Positions 19,824 to 30,503 are shown, counted from the first letter of the stretch. The stretch: 64,000 bases of DNA from Candidatus Moraniibacteriota bacterium (GCA_016699425.1 CP064975.1:789698-853697), one strand, 5' to 3'. Notes: generated by a model from the sequence alone, not told the origin. Numbers and translations are program-made.

Positions 19824-19896
19824 AGGCAGGGAAAAAGGTTATTTAATGTACCCACAGTATATCACCCACGCCGGTACCCGCCTGAACGAGCCACCT

Positions 19897-20394
19897 CTAC
19901 ATCTGCGACTTCAATTGATCAATTGAGTCATTGAACGCTTTGGTCGTGAGGGAGGATCCGCCGACTCTATCGATGGCCGTGAGCTCAGTCAGTTTCTTCC
20001 CCTTCACCGCCGCCGACAACCCCTCAGCGAAGGCCAACTGTCGTTTCTTGGAAATATCGTTCGTGGCGAGCACTTCGGCCTTGGCATCGACAATCACCCC
20101 CGCTGCATCTACCGACAAGGTAAAGCCCACCTGATCCTCGCCCGATGGATTCTTATAACTCGCTTTTACCGAAACGTCCTTAGCTTTCACCGCGTCAGTC
20201 GCCAGTCCAGTGGAAGACTGCACGGATCCCTCCGGTGCTTTCGACGTTACAGTTTTAGTTGTATCACCTGACGTCGTGGTTATCGGTTTGGTAGCCTCAT
20301 TCCCCTTGGAGGGCATGAGGAACTTCACGGCTGCGACGAGCAGGGCAAGCGCCGCGACACCGAAAAAGAGCGTGCTTCTCTTTATTTGTGCCAT
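19897..20394 (-). CDS. membrane-anchored FMN-binding-domain-like protein (putative flavinylation substrate)
   Basis: C-terminus AIDRVGGSSLTTKAFNDSIDQL aligns to FMN_bind consensus VDAVSGATVTSKAV..A; paralog of 54384..54818. Confidence 0.5.
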   Translation of the reverse strand: MAQIKRSTLFFGVAALALLVAAVKFLMPSKGNEATKPITTTSGDTTKTVTSKAPEGSVQSSTGLATDAVKAKDVSVKASYKNPSGEDQVGFTLSVDAAGVIVDAKAEVLATNDISKKRQLAFAEGLSAAVKGKKLTELTAIDRVGGSSLTTKAFNDSIDQLKSQM

Positions 20395-20456
20395 ACTATA
20401 GAAAGTAAAGTGTTAAGTTCCTCCATTGTACTGATTTCACCGGAACAATCAACCCC

Positions 20457-21713
20457 TTATTCGTATCGCAAGGCCTCGATCGGATTCAGGCGAGCGGCCC
20501 GACTGGCTGGGTAATAGCCGAAAACGATGCCGATGGCTGCGGAGACGAGGAATGCCAGGATGATGGAATTTGTCGAAATCTCTGCGGCAATCCCATATCG
20601 ATTCATGACAGAGGCAATGACAAAGCCCCAGAAAATCCCGAAAAATCCGCCGAAGAATGTCAGTACGATCGCTTCGGCCAAGAACTGCAGTCGGATCTCT
20701 CGGCCGCGTGCGCCGATCGCTTTGCGAAGACCGATTTCCCGGGTCCGTTCGGTCACTGAGGTAAGCATCATATTCATGATACCGATGCCACCCACGACCA
20801 GTGAGATCCCCGCCACCGCACCGAGGAGCGTGGTGAAGGTACTCGTCACCGATGATGCTGTCGCGACGATATCCGCCTGGTTCAAGATCGAGAAATCCGC
20901 AGTCTCATCTGGAGCGATACCATGGGCCTCGAGCAGGGCCGCTTTTACATTCTCGGCCGCAGCGGTCATATCCTCGCCTGTGCGAATCTGGACATTGATA
21001 TTGGACAAGTATTTGTTGCCGATCAGAAACTGCTGGGCCGTCGAGACCGGGATATAAATCACGTCATCCGAACTGCCAAAGCCCGTCCCTCCGCGCGCCG
21101 CCGTCACACCGATGACAGTAAAGTCAACCGAGCCGATCCGAACCTTCTTGCCAATCGAACTGACGCCGTCGAACAGTTCCGTGACCACATCCGGCCCAAG
21201 AACAGCGACTTTTGCCAGTGATCGTTCATGAGTCTCCGTCAAAAAGGACCCTTCGGCCAACTTCACATTCCGAACGGTCGGATACTCACTCGTTACCCCC
21301 GTTACGCTCGTATTGGTATTTTTCCCCGCTGCCGTCACCTGTCGACTACGAGCCTGCGCTTCGACTGCAACGGCTTCGACCGCTGGAATCTTTTTGAGAT
21401 GAGTGACATCCGCCGTTGTCAGCGACTGAGCCGATCCTTGTGCCCCCTGCACCGGAGAGCCCGGTCCTTGCTGGGAACCAGGTCGGACGATGAGCAGGTT
21501 CGATCCGATGGCCTGGATGTTCTGTTGGATGGCGGTCTGCGCTCCCTGGCCGATCGCCACCATGACGATAACCGACGCGATCCCGATCACGATACCGAGC
21601 ACCGTGAGGCTCGAGCGTGATTTATTCACGGTGACCGCGGTATAGATTTCCTGCGTGAGATCGGTAAGATACATACGCGTATTATATTTTTTTTCGATTG
21701 CCTGTCCGGACAT
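20457..21713 (-). CDS. MacB-like ABC transporter permease (FtsX family)
   Basis: N-terminal TM, large periplasmic domain, C-terminal FtsX 3-TM bundle. Confidence 0.85.
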   Translation of the reverse strand: MSGQAIEKKYNTRMYLTDLTQEIYTAVTVNKSRSSLTVLGIVIGIASVIVMVAIGQGAQTAIQQNIQAIGSNLLIVRPGSQQGPGSPVQGAQGSAQSLTTADVTHLKKIPAVEAVAVEAQARSRQVTAAGKNTNTSVTGVTSEYPTVRNVKLAEGSFLTETHERSLAKVAVLGPDVVTELFDGVSSIGKKVRIGSVDFTVIGVTAARGGTGFGSSDDVIYIPVSTAQQFLIGNKYLSNINVQIRTGEDMTAAAENVKAALLEAHGIAPDETADFSILNQADIVATASSVTSTFTTLLGAVAGISLVVGGIGIMNMMLTSVTERTREIGLRKAIGARGREIRLQFLAEAIVLTFFGGFFGIFWGFVIASVMNRYGIAAEISTNSIILAFLVSAAIGIVFGYYPASRAARLNPIEALRYE

Positions 21714-22380
21714 CGCTCACGAGTTCGCCATCCCGAATCGAGAGGATACGGTCGGCATGAGCGGCAACTTCGTCTTCGTGAGTAATGAGAATGATAGTAT
21801 GCCCATGTTCACGATTGAGTCGCTCAAATGTTTCCAATACTTTTTCACCGGTCCGCGTGTCGAGGTTACCGGTCGGTTCATCAGCCAGGATGAGCGATGG
21901 ATTGTTGACGAGAGCCCGAGCGATGGCGACTCGCTGCATTTGCCCACCCGAAAGCTGATTGGAGCGATGTTTCCATCGAGCCTCATCGAGACCGACGGCT
22001 CGCAGCGCCTGAGCAACCCGTTCTGTCCGCTCCACTTGTGGCACTTCCAGATAGATGAGCGGCAGCATGACATTGCGGATGACCGTCGTGCGGGGCAGCA
22101 GATTGAATGACTGGAACACAAATCCGATTTTCTCCCGCCGGATAAGAGAAAGTTCGTCTTCAGAGAGCTTCGAGACATCCTGACCCTCAAAAAGATACGC
22201 GCCTGTTGTTGGTGTATCAAGCGCCCCCAGTATGTGCATGAGGGTCGATTTCCCGCTGCCACTCGGTCCCATGATAGAAACGAATTCCCCTTTGGCAACC
22301 GAGAATGAGACATCCTTCAACACGGTCGTCTGTTGATCACCGTTCATGTATGTCTTGGTGATACCGCGACACTCGAGCAT
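21682..22380 (-). CDS. ABC transporter ATP-binding protein (MacB/LolD-type)
   Basis: [36 protein letters not shown]; 32-nt overlap with permease. Confidence 0.9.
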   Translation of the reverse strand: MLECRGITKTYMNGDQQTTVLKDVSFSVAKGEFVSIMGPSGSGKSTLMHILGALDTPTTGAYLFEGQDVSKLSEDELSLIRREKIGFVFQSFNLLPRTTVIRNVMLPLIYLEVPQVERTERVAQALRAVGLDEARWKHRSNQLSGGQMQRVAIARALVNNPSLILADEPTGNLDTRTGEKVLETFERLNREHGHTIILITHEDEVAAHADRILSIRDGELVSDVRTGNRKKI

Positions 22381-22401
22381 ACTGATCGACGTTTCGTTAA
22401 A

Positions 22402-23610
22402 TTAACGTGGGAAGCCGCCCGAGCGATTACTGCCACCACCCGAACCCCGGAACAGATTGAGGATACTCCCTTGGCCAGCAGAAGTGCTACTGACTGAGGT
22501 GCTCACGGCAGCACCAGGGAGCTCAACCACGGTTCCTTCAGAAAGGCCGCTTACTATTTCAGTGACAGTGTCATTGGACAGTCCGGTGGAGATCTCCCGT
22601 TTCTCTCCAATCGACTGAGCTGTACTACTATTGGGCGTCTTCGGATTCTGATTCGCACCTCTATTAGTCTGCGGGCGGGTCCCATCCCCCATGACGGTCA
22701 CTACTGTCTTGCCGTCTGCGTTCGTGATAGCTGCATTCGGCACCACCAAGACACCAGATTTATCCGCCACACTGATATCAGCGGTTGCGCTCATGCCTGG
22801 CCGCAGCTCTCCCGGCTGCTGGTCGAGCTCGATTTCGGCCGTATACGAGACCACGTTCTGCGTCACCGTCCCGATAGTATCCAACTTCGACACCTTCCCC
22901 GAGATGGTGACATTGGGGAGCGCGACAAACGTCAGCTCGGCTGTGTTGCCCTCTTTCACCTTGGCCGCATCGACTTCATTGAGCTCGATGGAGACATGTA
23001 GTCGCTTCGTGATGACCGAGGCAAGGATACCAGTCTGGGATATCGTATCGCCGCTATCGACCGAAAGTCCCGTCACGATCCCATCAAAGGGCGCCCTGAT
23101 CGTATAATCCTGCAACTTATCGCGCATGTTCTGCAGGGCGATCTCGCTCTGCTTGACCGAGTCTGCGGCCAGCTGACGTTGGCGAGCACCATCCCGATCC
23201 AGTTTCGGATAGAGTTTATTCGTCTGTTTCGCCTTGATTTCCGTCTGATGCAAACTGAGCTCAGCGTTCACGACACTCCGACGGGCATCAGAATTGTCCA
23301 GGATAGCGATCACCTGACCCTTCGTCACTGCTTGATCATTTTGCACTGCCACTGTGGTCACTTCGATCGCGTCTCCCGCCACTACCGGTTTCAAATCAAC
23401 CTGAGAATCAGCTTCCACCTGGCCGCTCCCAGAGACGGTCACCTTCAAATCAGATCTCTCCACCCGTGCGGTACGGGGTGCGGACACAGTCGTATCTGTG
23501 CTGTTCGAACTTGATAGAAAAAAGTATCCACCATAAGCGACTATCCCGACAACAACCAGAGTCACAAACCAATGACTCCGCACATAGGATACTGACTGAG
23601 AAAGCTTCAT
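22402..23610 (-). CDS. efflux periplasmic adaptor (MacA/HlyD-like)
   Basis: N-terminal TM, coiled-coil, beta-barrel architecture. Confidence 0.75.
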   Translation of the reverse strand: MKLSQSVSYVRSHWFVTLVVVGIVAYGGYFFLSSSNSTDTTVSAPRTARVERSDLKVTVSGSGQVEADSQVDLKPVVAGDAIEVTTVAVQNDQAVTKGQVIAILDNSDARRSVVNAELSLHQTEIKAKQTNKLYPKLDRDGARQRQLAADSVKQSEIALQNMRDKLQDYTIRAPFDGIVTGLSVDSGDTISQTGILASVITKRLHVSIELNEVDAAKVKEGNTAELTFVALPNVTISGKVSKLDTIGTVTQNVVSYTAEIELDQQPGELRPGMSATADISVADKSGVLVVPNAAITNADGKTVVTVMGDGTRPQTNRGANQNPKTPNSSTAQSIGEKREISTGLSNDTVTEIVSGLSEGTVVELPGAAVSTSVSSTSAGQGSILNLFRGSGGGSNRSGGFPR

Positions 23611-23627
23611 AGCGTCTGGGTCAAAGA

Positions 23628-24212
23628 TTAACGAGTGCCTTTCGGAAACGGAACACCTGGTCGGCCCGCCTCTCCTTGCGGATCGAAGACCCGGATGAGC
23701 GCAGCGACGACCGTACCATCATCGCTCGGCTTGCCCAGGGCTACGACCATATCACCCACAGACAAGTCCTCGAAATTCACTCGATCACTTCCTTTGTTGT
23801 AGATGGTCGCATCGGTAACAGCGACGCTGCTCTCTTGGCCGGCCGGATTCCGGAGCGTCATCGTCCGATCAGCCAGTGAAAGAATCACCCCCGTCACCCC
23901 GTGACCACTCCGAAAGAGATCGCCATCCATCCGACGGAGCATTCCCTGATCCATCATAGGCATATCGCCCGGTCTGCCTTTCACAAAATTACGCTCATAA
24001 TTCTCGCCGAAACGATATGAAAAACGAGCCTTGTGCAGACCGGCCGAGAAACCGACTGCGAAACTCGCGACAGCTACGAGCACAACACCAATCACGACCG
24101 CAGCCAAGACAAATATCCGCTCCCGAGTCAGGCGACGCGAGACTGATGTGACTGGGCTGCCCATCGACTTTTCTGGGGACGAAATAGGCTTCGGTGTTGG
24201 TTCAGATTCCAT
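23628..24212 (-). CDS. hypothetical membrane-anchored protein
   Basis: first ORF of efflux operon, single TM. Confidence 0.45.
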   Translation of the reverse strand: MESEPTPKPISSPEKSMGSPVTSVSRRLTRERIFVLAAVVIGVVLVAVASFAVGFSAGLHKARFSYRFGENYERNFVKGRPGDMPMMDQGMLRRMDGDLFRSGHGVTGVILSLADRTMTLRNPAGQESSVAVTDATIYNKGSDRVNFEDLSVGDMVVALGKPSDDGTVVAALIRVFDPQGEAGRPGVPFPKGTR

Positions 24213-24230
24213 ACTTGTGAGCTATATGAT

Positions 24231-24653
24231 TTAGTGGACGACGTGCAATTGGAACTGTTCCTGCCGTGTTGCGAGACTGAGATACTTTGAGCGGAATGCG
24301 AGCGAGACGACCCCAAGGAAGAGCGGTGTGAGCAGAAGTGAGGCAGAGGCAGCGGGAAATGTCTCGGCGAGAGATGCAAGAAAATCCTCAGAATATGAAA
24401 GCGCCAACCCAAAATCAGTAAAGAGGAGTGAGATAATCCGCCAGAAGTCAGAGGAGAAAAAACTCTCACCAGCAACAGCAAAACTGACGAGCAAGAACAC
24501 TAACGAAACGGAAGCACACCCCGAGGCAACACGGGATCGGAACAAGATCTGTCGAGCAGCTTCGAGCTCGATAGCCGTCAGTATCCGACCAGAAAGCCCA
24601 GCGGGAACCTCTGGTCTTGCAGTCTCGAAAATTTCCTGTGTGGTTTGTGACAT
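24231..24653 (-). CDS. putative anti-sigma factor (membrane protein)
   Basis: TM protein immediately downstream of ECF sigma. Confidence 0.4.
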   Translation of the reverse strand: MSQTTQEIFETARPEVPAGLSGRILTAIELEAARQILFRSRVASGCASVSLVFLLVSFAVAGESFFSSDFWRIISLLFTDFGLALSYSEDFLASLAETFPAASASLLLTPLFLGVVSLAFRSKYLSLATRQEQFQLHVVH

Positions 24654-24681
24654 ATGGATGACTTCGATGGTAATACGCTCT

Positions 24682-25272
24682 TCACTCGGTTCCGGACGCA
24701 GACGACAGGCGGGCTCGAAGTTCCTGGATGGCGCGCTGATGCCGACTTTTCACCGTATTATACGGCTCACCCAAGATATCCGCCGCTTCATGAAGTGAAA
24801 AACCCTCTTGGTAAACGAGTACGATCAGAGACCGAGAGTGCTCCGTGAGTCGACCGAGTGCCTGATTCACCTCAGCCGCCGCATCCTCACGCATGAGTAG
24901 CTCAATCGGAAGCGGTTCGCTGTCAGGAATATTTTCAAAGGGCGTCTCAGCGCCGTCCGTCAGGAAAGCCGAAAATGGCACGGCCCGTTTTTTCTTGAGC
25001 CAATCGTACGCCGTGTTCTTGGCGATGGCAAACAGCCATGTCCGAAACGGCTTCCTTGCATCATAGCGATCGAGATGCCGCCACACTTTCACAAATGTCT
25101 CCTGCGCCAAGTCCTCTGCGACCGCACCATCACGGACAAGCTGGAAGACGAAAGCATAAATGGAGCCAAGGTGTTTTTCGAGCAGCGTCTTGAAAGCGAG
25201 CTCATCACCCGAACGATAGGCTTCAACGAGCGCCGTGTCCTCCGCATGACTGGTGTAAGGTCGTTGTATCAT
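24682..25272 (-). CDS. RNA polymerase sigma factor, ECF subfamily
   Basis: region 2 ...LAQETFVKVWR... and region 4 HTH SLHEAADILGEPYNTVKSR. Confidence 0.85.
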   Translation of the reverse strand: MIQRPYTSHAEDTALVEAYRSGDELAFKTLLEKHLGSIYAFVFQLVRDGAVAEDLAQETFVKVWRHLDRYDARKPFRTWLFAIAKNTAYDWLKKKRAVPFSAFLTDGAETPFENIPDSEPLPIELLMREDAAAEVNQALGRLTEHSRSLIVLVYQEGFSLHEAADILGEPYNTVKSRHQRAIQELRARLSSASGTE

Positions 25273-25553
25273 CAGTTCTCACTCGGGAGATCATCACTCG
25301 AAAGTCCAGAGAGCAGTATGTCGATATCATGCAGCATCGTCGCCATGACATCTCCGCTTTCCGTTTCACCCTTCGCGCTCTCCAAAGCCTTCTCCTGCTG
25401 GGAGGCTGCCTCCGCAGCTTCGAGCGCCTGTCGCTCCCGCTCAGCTAATCGTATCTGCTCATCTCGAACAATCCAGAAGATGACTCCGACAGAGGCCATG
25501 AGTAATAGAGCTGAGAGGCCAATGACACTATACCGCGTAAATTTGCCACTCAT
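25272..25553 (-). CDS. hypothetical membrane-anchored coiled-coil protein
   Basis: 93-aa ORF 1-nt overlap with sigma factor start. Confidence 0.4.
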   Translation of the reverse strand: MSGKFTRYSVIGLSALLLMASVGVIFWIVRDEQIRLAERERQALEAAEAASQQEKALESAKGETESGDVMATMLHDIDILLSGLSSDDLPSEN

Positions 25554-26245
25554 ATATTCTGTTCATGTGCCGTCCGAAGCGGTAACAAAATTGTCGTCTG
25601 ATAGTACTCGATCAGGCTCTCTTTCGCCTGGATGACCTTCCATCTCGCATCCTCCAGGATCGCTGGACGTGTCGCTTGAGCCTCCTTGGACGTCCCATCG
25701 GACACCGACCGATACGTATCATACGCTCCGAGCAATGCTTCGGCCCGTCGTTCGAATTCCGGGAACGCTGCCTCGATCGCCTGTGTGTCGACACCACGGT
25801 CCTTAAGCATATTGGTCATCGCCTCCGTACGTTTCCAAAGCGCGATGAGATCACGCTCTTTCTTCTCCCGCAGGCCAGTGAGCGTCCCATCGCTCCGGGA
25901 GGTTATCGGTGGCAATGCCACAGAGACTGGTGGCACATCCGGCTTCGTCACTGTGGACGACGGGGTTTCTGACGGACTCGGGGCAGTTATGGATTCGTTC
26001 TTTATCTCTTCAATTTTTTGCGCGCATTCTGCATCGGAGTACCCCGTGTACTCCTTGCACCGATCGACATTCATGTATTTTTTGATAAGTGTCGTGCAAG
26101 TACTATCGCCGAAACCAGTGCGCTTCTTGCACTCTCCGACCGCTAGCTCGAGAGCAGATGCTGCCCGCAATACGGACGCGACAACAAACAGACTCACGGT
26201 CGTGCCAACCAGGAGAACGAAAGTGATAAAGATGATTCTTGGCAT
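25550..26245 (-). CDS. secreted Cys-containing hypothetical protein
   Basis: start chosen at MPRIIFITF (signal/TM) rather than upstream start overlapping ruvX. Confidence 0.45.
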   Translation of the reverse strand: MPRIIFITFVLLVGTTVSLFVVASVLRAASALELAVGECKKRTGFGDSTCTTLIKKYMNVDRCKEYTGYSDAECAQKIEEIKNESITAPSPSETPSSTVTKPDVPPVSVALPPITSRSDGTLTGLREKKERDLIALWKRTEAMTNMLKDRGVDTQAIEAAFPEFERRAEALLGAYDTYRSVSDGTSKEAQATRPAILEDARWKVIQAKESLIEYYQTTILLPLRTAHEQNI

Positions 26246-26360
26246 ACAGAAAAGTGAGTGCACTGTCCCTCTAGTATAGACTACTGTCAATCGATGGTAA
26301 CGGGCGCGATTCCAGAGTCTCATCTCGGGCAGTATCAACCCACCAGAGACTATAGACGGT

Positions 26361-26774
26361 TCACTGTTTCTGATCCAACCACTGCTGGAGGATGATGCAA
26401 GCCGCCTCCGCATCGTCCTGTTTGCTCACCTGCCGTTCGCCCCGCTGGATGAGCGCTTGCTGAGCGAGCTTGGTGGTGAACATCTCATCCTGATAAGCAA
26501 TCCTGACACCGAGTCTCCGACTCATCAAGCGACCAAGTTTCTCGCCAGGATATTCCACCGTCGCGCGATTCACATGCGATGGGATACCAATCACGACCGT
26601 CCCGACTCCCTCTTCGACGATGAGCCGGGCGACACGGTCCAAGAACCCCGTATCGTTGCGTTCCGTTATAAACGGGATAGCGATACGCGTTTCGGCGTGA
26701 GCAAGTGCGATGCCGATATCACGTGACCCCCAATCGATACCGAGAAAATTCTCCCTTTGAGCCGGCTCCGTCAT
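26361..26774 (-). CDS. ruvX: Holliday junction resolvase-like RuvX (YqgF)
   Basis: LGIDWGSRDIGIAL and DEMFTT RNase H-like fold motifs. Confidence 0.85.
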   Translation of the reverse strand: MTEPAQRENFLGIDWGSRDIGIALAHAETRIAIPFITERNDTGFLDRVARLIVEEGVGTVVIGIPSHVNRATVEYPGEKLGRLMSRRLGVRIAYQDEMFTTKLAQQALIQRGERQVSKQDDAEAACIILQQWLDQKQ

Positions 26775-27547
26775 ACCTGGGTCAACAGTTCATAACCGTC
26801 CCGTGTGATAAGCACCGTGTCCTCCGTGTGGGCGGACAGCTTTCCGTCCCGGGTGCAGAACGTCCAGCCATCATCAGCCAGTCCTACCCGATATGTCCCC
26901 ACGTTCACCATCGGCTCGAGGGCCACAGTCATCCCCGCCGCAAAATGGAAGCTCGGTAGACCAGAGTCAAGATAATTCGGTATCTGCGGGTCTTCGTGAA
27001 GCTCACGACCGACACCATGTCCGACCAAGTCACGCACACAGGCATACCCGGCCGCCTTGACTATATCCTCGACCGCTTTGGCGTACGCATCCGAAGTCGA
27101 CCCATCATGGAGCGTCGCCACCCCAGCCGATAGCGCCGCCTCGGTAACGGTTTTGATCCTCGTTGCCTCAGGTGAAGCGGCGCCGATGACCTTCATCCGG
27201 GCCATATCCGAGACCATTCCCCGATAGCGCATCCCGATATCGATCTTCAAGAGATCGCCATCCGCGAGGACACGATCGACCCGAGGGATGCCATGGACGA
27301 CCTCTTCATTGATCGAAAGGCAGACAGCTGCCGGAAAAGGCGGGGCACCCCACGCCTTACCGTATCCCTTGAAAATCGGCTCGCCACCAGCTTGCTGAAT
27401 CAAAGTTTCAGCCAATTCACCTAGCGTCCCAGTCGACACGCCCACAGCAGCGGTAGACAAGAGCTCTGTCACGACTCGAGCGAGCCGCTGGCAGGATTCC
27501 CTGAGCGCGGCGATCTCCGTGTCGTCTTTTATCCAGTGCTTGGACAT
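26771..27547 (-). CDS. map: type I methionine aminopeptidase
   Basis: metal ligands D..D..H..E..E in conserved blocks; start at MSKHWIKDD. Confidence 0.85.
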   Translation of the reverse strand: MSKHWIKDDTEIAALRESCQRLARVVTELLSTAAVGVSTGTLGELAETLIQQAGGEPIFKGYGKAWGAPPFPAAVCLSINEEVVHGIPRVDRVLADGDLLKIDIGMRYRGMVSDMARMKVIGAASPEATRIKTVTEAALSAGVATLHDGSTSDAYAKAVEDIVKAAGYACVRDLVGHGVGRELHEDPQIPNYLDSGLPSFHFAAGMTVALEPMVNVGTYRVGLADDGWTFCTRDGKLSAHTEDTVLITRDGYELLTQV

Positions 27548-27548
27548 A

Positions 27549-28211
27549 TCAATCCGGCCGGACATGCTCGAGGATAAACTTGAACACCCGGTAGGTTTCC
27601 TGATTCCCGTCGACATGGAGCAACTGGCCGGTCGACTCGAAGTATCGAATCACAGGCAAGGTTTTCTGGTGAAATATCTGATGACGCTTCCGAACTCCAT
27701 CCTCGGTATCATCCACCCGTTGCGCGATGTGTCCACCGCAATACCGGCACGGTTTGGTACTATCGATCAGATTCTTACCGAGGATATAGGTGCGTTTGCA
27801 ACCCTCGCAAGCATAGCGTTTGGAAATACGTTCGACAGAAACTGCTTCCGGCACATCGATGAAAATTACTTTATTCAAAGTCCGACCAGATTCTTCCAGA
27901 ACCTTGAGAACTTCGTCAATCTGACTCTCCCCTCGAGGGATACCATCAATCAGCAGCCCAACCGTCTCGGGTACAGAATGCACCGCGTCAACGAGCACTG
28001 CGAACACGGTATCGTCGGGAGCGAGTTCGTGCTTCACATTGATGAACTCATTTACCTGCCGCCCGAGCTCAGTATCATGCGCCGCGACCGCCCGTAACTC
28101 CGCACCGATATCGATATGTGCCAGATGAAGCGAGCTCTTGAGCAATTCCGCTTGGGTGCTTTTTCCGCTGCCGGCCGAACCGAGCAGAATATAGGTGTCT
28201 TTGAGAGGCAT
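27549..28211 (-). CDS. adk: adenylate kinase (Zn-binding LID)
   Basis: P-loop GSAGSGKST, LID with CEGC...CRYC. Confidence 0.9.
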   Translation of the reverse strand: MPLKDTYILLGSAGSGKSTQAELLKSSLHLAHIDIGAELRAVAAHDTELGRQVNEFINVKHELAPDDTVFAVLVDAVHSVPETVGLLIDGIPRGESQIDEVLKVLEESGRTLNKVIFIDVPEAVSVERISKRYACEGCKRTYILGKNLIDSTKPCRYCGGHIAQRVDDTEDGVRKRHQIFHQKTLPVIRYFESTGQLLHVDGNQETYRVFKFILEHVRPD

Positions 28212-28331
28212 GTGGTTAAAAATTTCTAATTACTCAATTTCTCATTTCTAAACAATTTCCAATGAAAGAAGTCTCGTATTGAAACATTGCTCCATTGTTT
28301 GAAGATTGTGAATTGAAACTTGAAAATTCTC

Positions 28332-29636
28332 TTAGAGTCCTTCGTAGCTGCGCATCATGAGCTGACTCTGAATATGCTTCACCAGCTCGAGAACGACCGA
28401 CACGACGATGAGGATACTCACGCCACCGATCGAAAGTGCTTGGATACCGGTCATCCCCTGGACCGCTATCGGGAGGACCGCTATAACCCCGAGAAAGAGT
28501 GCTCCCGTGAAGGTGATCCGTGTGATGATGTGATGGAGATACTCAGCCGTAGACATCCCGGGCCGGATACCGGGCACATAGCCGCCCTGCTTCTGGAGAT
28601 TCTCCGAAATCTTCACCGGATCAAAGACAACTGCGGTGTAGAAATAGGTGAAGAGTACGACGAGGACGAAGTACGCAATGCCGTAGACCCACTGGTTCTG
28701 GAGAAATGTCGCAACGGAGATAGCAATATCCGCAATCCGGGCATTTGGCGAAGTGACAAAAAAGTTTGCGAGCATGGTCGGGATGAGGATAAGCGACACC
28801 GCAAAGATGATCGGGATCACGCCCGCCTGGTTCACTCGGAGCGGCAGGTGTGTCGCCGATCCGCCGTAGACACTTGAGCCGCGCACCCGCTTGGCATAGG
28901 CGATAGGGATGGTCCGCTGTCCTTCATTGATGAAGATCACACCCGCAACGGTGATGAGCCCCAGCGCGAGGAAGACGAGATAGGTGAAGAACTGCGATGG
29001 ATCCCACGTCGCCAAGAGCCGCGAGGCCCCCGTCGGCAGCGCTGCGACGATCCCCGCAAAGATGAGCATGGAGACACCATTGCCCAACCCCTTCTCGGTG
29101 ATGAGTTCACCCAGCCACATGAGAAACACGGTGCCCGCCGTCGCCGAGAGGATGATCACCACGATCGTAAACGGTGTGATATCGGTGAGGATGTTCTGCG
29201 ATCGCAGAAGCGAGATCATGCTGAATGACTGGAGCGCCGCCAGAGGCACGGTAAGCCAGCGCGTCCACATATTGAATTTCTGACGGCCCTGTTCACCCTC
29301 TTCTTTGTACAGCTTCTCGAGCACCGGGAAGATGGTCTGCATGAGCTGCATGATGATACTCGCGGTGATATACGGCGCCACACCGAGGAGCACCACCGAG
29401 ATATTGGACAGTCCACCACCTGAAAAAATATTCAAGAGACCGAGGAGCGCATTGTCCTCAAAGAGTCGCTTCAACTGAAAGACATCCACCCCTGGCAAGG
29501 GGATATTCGCGACAAGCCGGTATACCACCAAGAGCCCCACGATAAAGAGGATCTTCTTACGAAGGTCCGGGGTGCGGAAGATTTGAGAGAAAATATCGTA
29601 CATAGAGGCGTCAATCACTCCTGTCCATTCGGCCAC
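28332..29636 (-). CDS. secY: preprotein translocase subunit SecY
   Basis: 10-TM SecY architecture and conserved N-terminal plug region. Confidence 0.95.
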   Translation of the reverse strand: MAEWTGVIDASMYDIFSQIFRTPDLRKKILFIVGLLVVYRLVANIPLPGVDVFQLKRLFEDNALLGLLNIFSGGGLSNISVVLLGVAPYITASIIMQLMQTIFPVLEKLYKEEGEQGRQKFNMWTRWLTVPLAALQSFSMISLLRSQNILTDITPFTIVVIILSATAGTVFLMWLGELITEKGLGNGVSMLIFAGIVAALPTGASRLLATWDPSQFFTYLVFLALGLITVAGVIFINEGQRTIPIAYAKRVRGSSVYGGSATHLPLRVNQAGVIPIIFAVSLILIPTMLANFFVTSPNARIADIAISVATFLQNQWVYGIAYFVLVVLFTYFYTAVVFDPVKISENLQKQGGYVPGIRPGMSTAEYLHHIITRITFTGALFLGVIAVLPIAVQGMTGIQALSIGGVSILIVVSVVLELVKHIQSQLMMRSYEGL

Positions 29637-29726
29637 AAAACATCCTCATTTTAGGCCAAAACCAAGGAAATGGCAATCGTCAGAAAAATGCTACACTAGA
29701 GGCAGAATTTCTCTCTCTTTAACCTT

Positions 29727-30449
29727 ATGTCGAATCCTTGGGAACAGTCATCGATCACGGTTCCAGCAGCAGAACAGCAGACCATCACTGAACTCCTCGA
29801 CGCCCGGCTCGAAAAGCTCGGCATTGACGAGAACATCCGAGAGAGTGTCATAGCGCTCAACCAGCTCAACTTTGTCACAACCGAGTCCTGCGAAGGCCAC
29901 CTTGACCACGGCAATATCGCGCCGCGCATCCGCTTCGAAGCCCCTAGTCGGCCAGAATGGCGCTATATCGGCGAACGCGAAGCGTTCGAATCTGTCGCCC
30001 AAGCCAATGGAATTACCGTTGCAGACATCCGCGAAACACAAAGACCGAAATACGGCGAGGATGTCGGGCACGATGAAGCACTAGAAGAACGTGCTTTCCA
30101 AGCACTCCAGCAAGCTCGCACCACAACACCGCACGAAAAGGAAACATCTGAATTCATCCGCTTCCGCGAAGCGACCGATGTGCTTGCCGAAAAACTAAAG
30201 GCATGGATCACCGAATACGAACGGTCACACGAGAGCGATGTCAAGCTCACCGTCGATGTCTTTGATGATCCAGCGTTTGGCCAGTATGGTTATTTTCTGC
30301 ATGTCGGTGGCGCGGACTATCTCGATATGGCCGACCCCGAAGCGCTCCAGCAATTACCCGAAGCTGAACAAGAAAAACGCCATAAACAACACACCGCCTA
30401 TCGAGAAGCCATGAAGGCCTTCACGGATTTCCTACGACAGAAAATCTAA
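29727..30449 (+). CDS. hypothetical protein (inserted between secY and rplO)
   Basis: 240-aa acidic ORF on opposite strand to ribosomal operon. Confidence 0.5.
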   Translation: MSNPWEQSSITVPAAEQQTITELLDARLEKLGIDENIRESVIALNQLNFVTTESCEGHLDHGNIAPRIRFEAPSRPEWRYIGEREAFESVAQANGITVADIRETQRPKYGEDVGHDEALEERAFQALQQARTTTPHEKETSEFIRFREATDVLAEKLKAWITEYERSHESDVKLTVDVFDDPAFGQYGYFLHVGGADYLDMADPEALQQLPEAEQEKRHKQHTAYREAMKAFTDFLRQKI

Positions 30450-30503
30450 GAAAGAGAGGGTCTCGGTGTCATCTCCGTTAACTGGGTGTTATGAGGACCC
30501 CTC

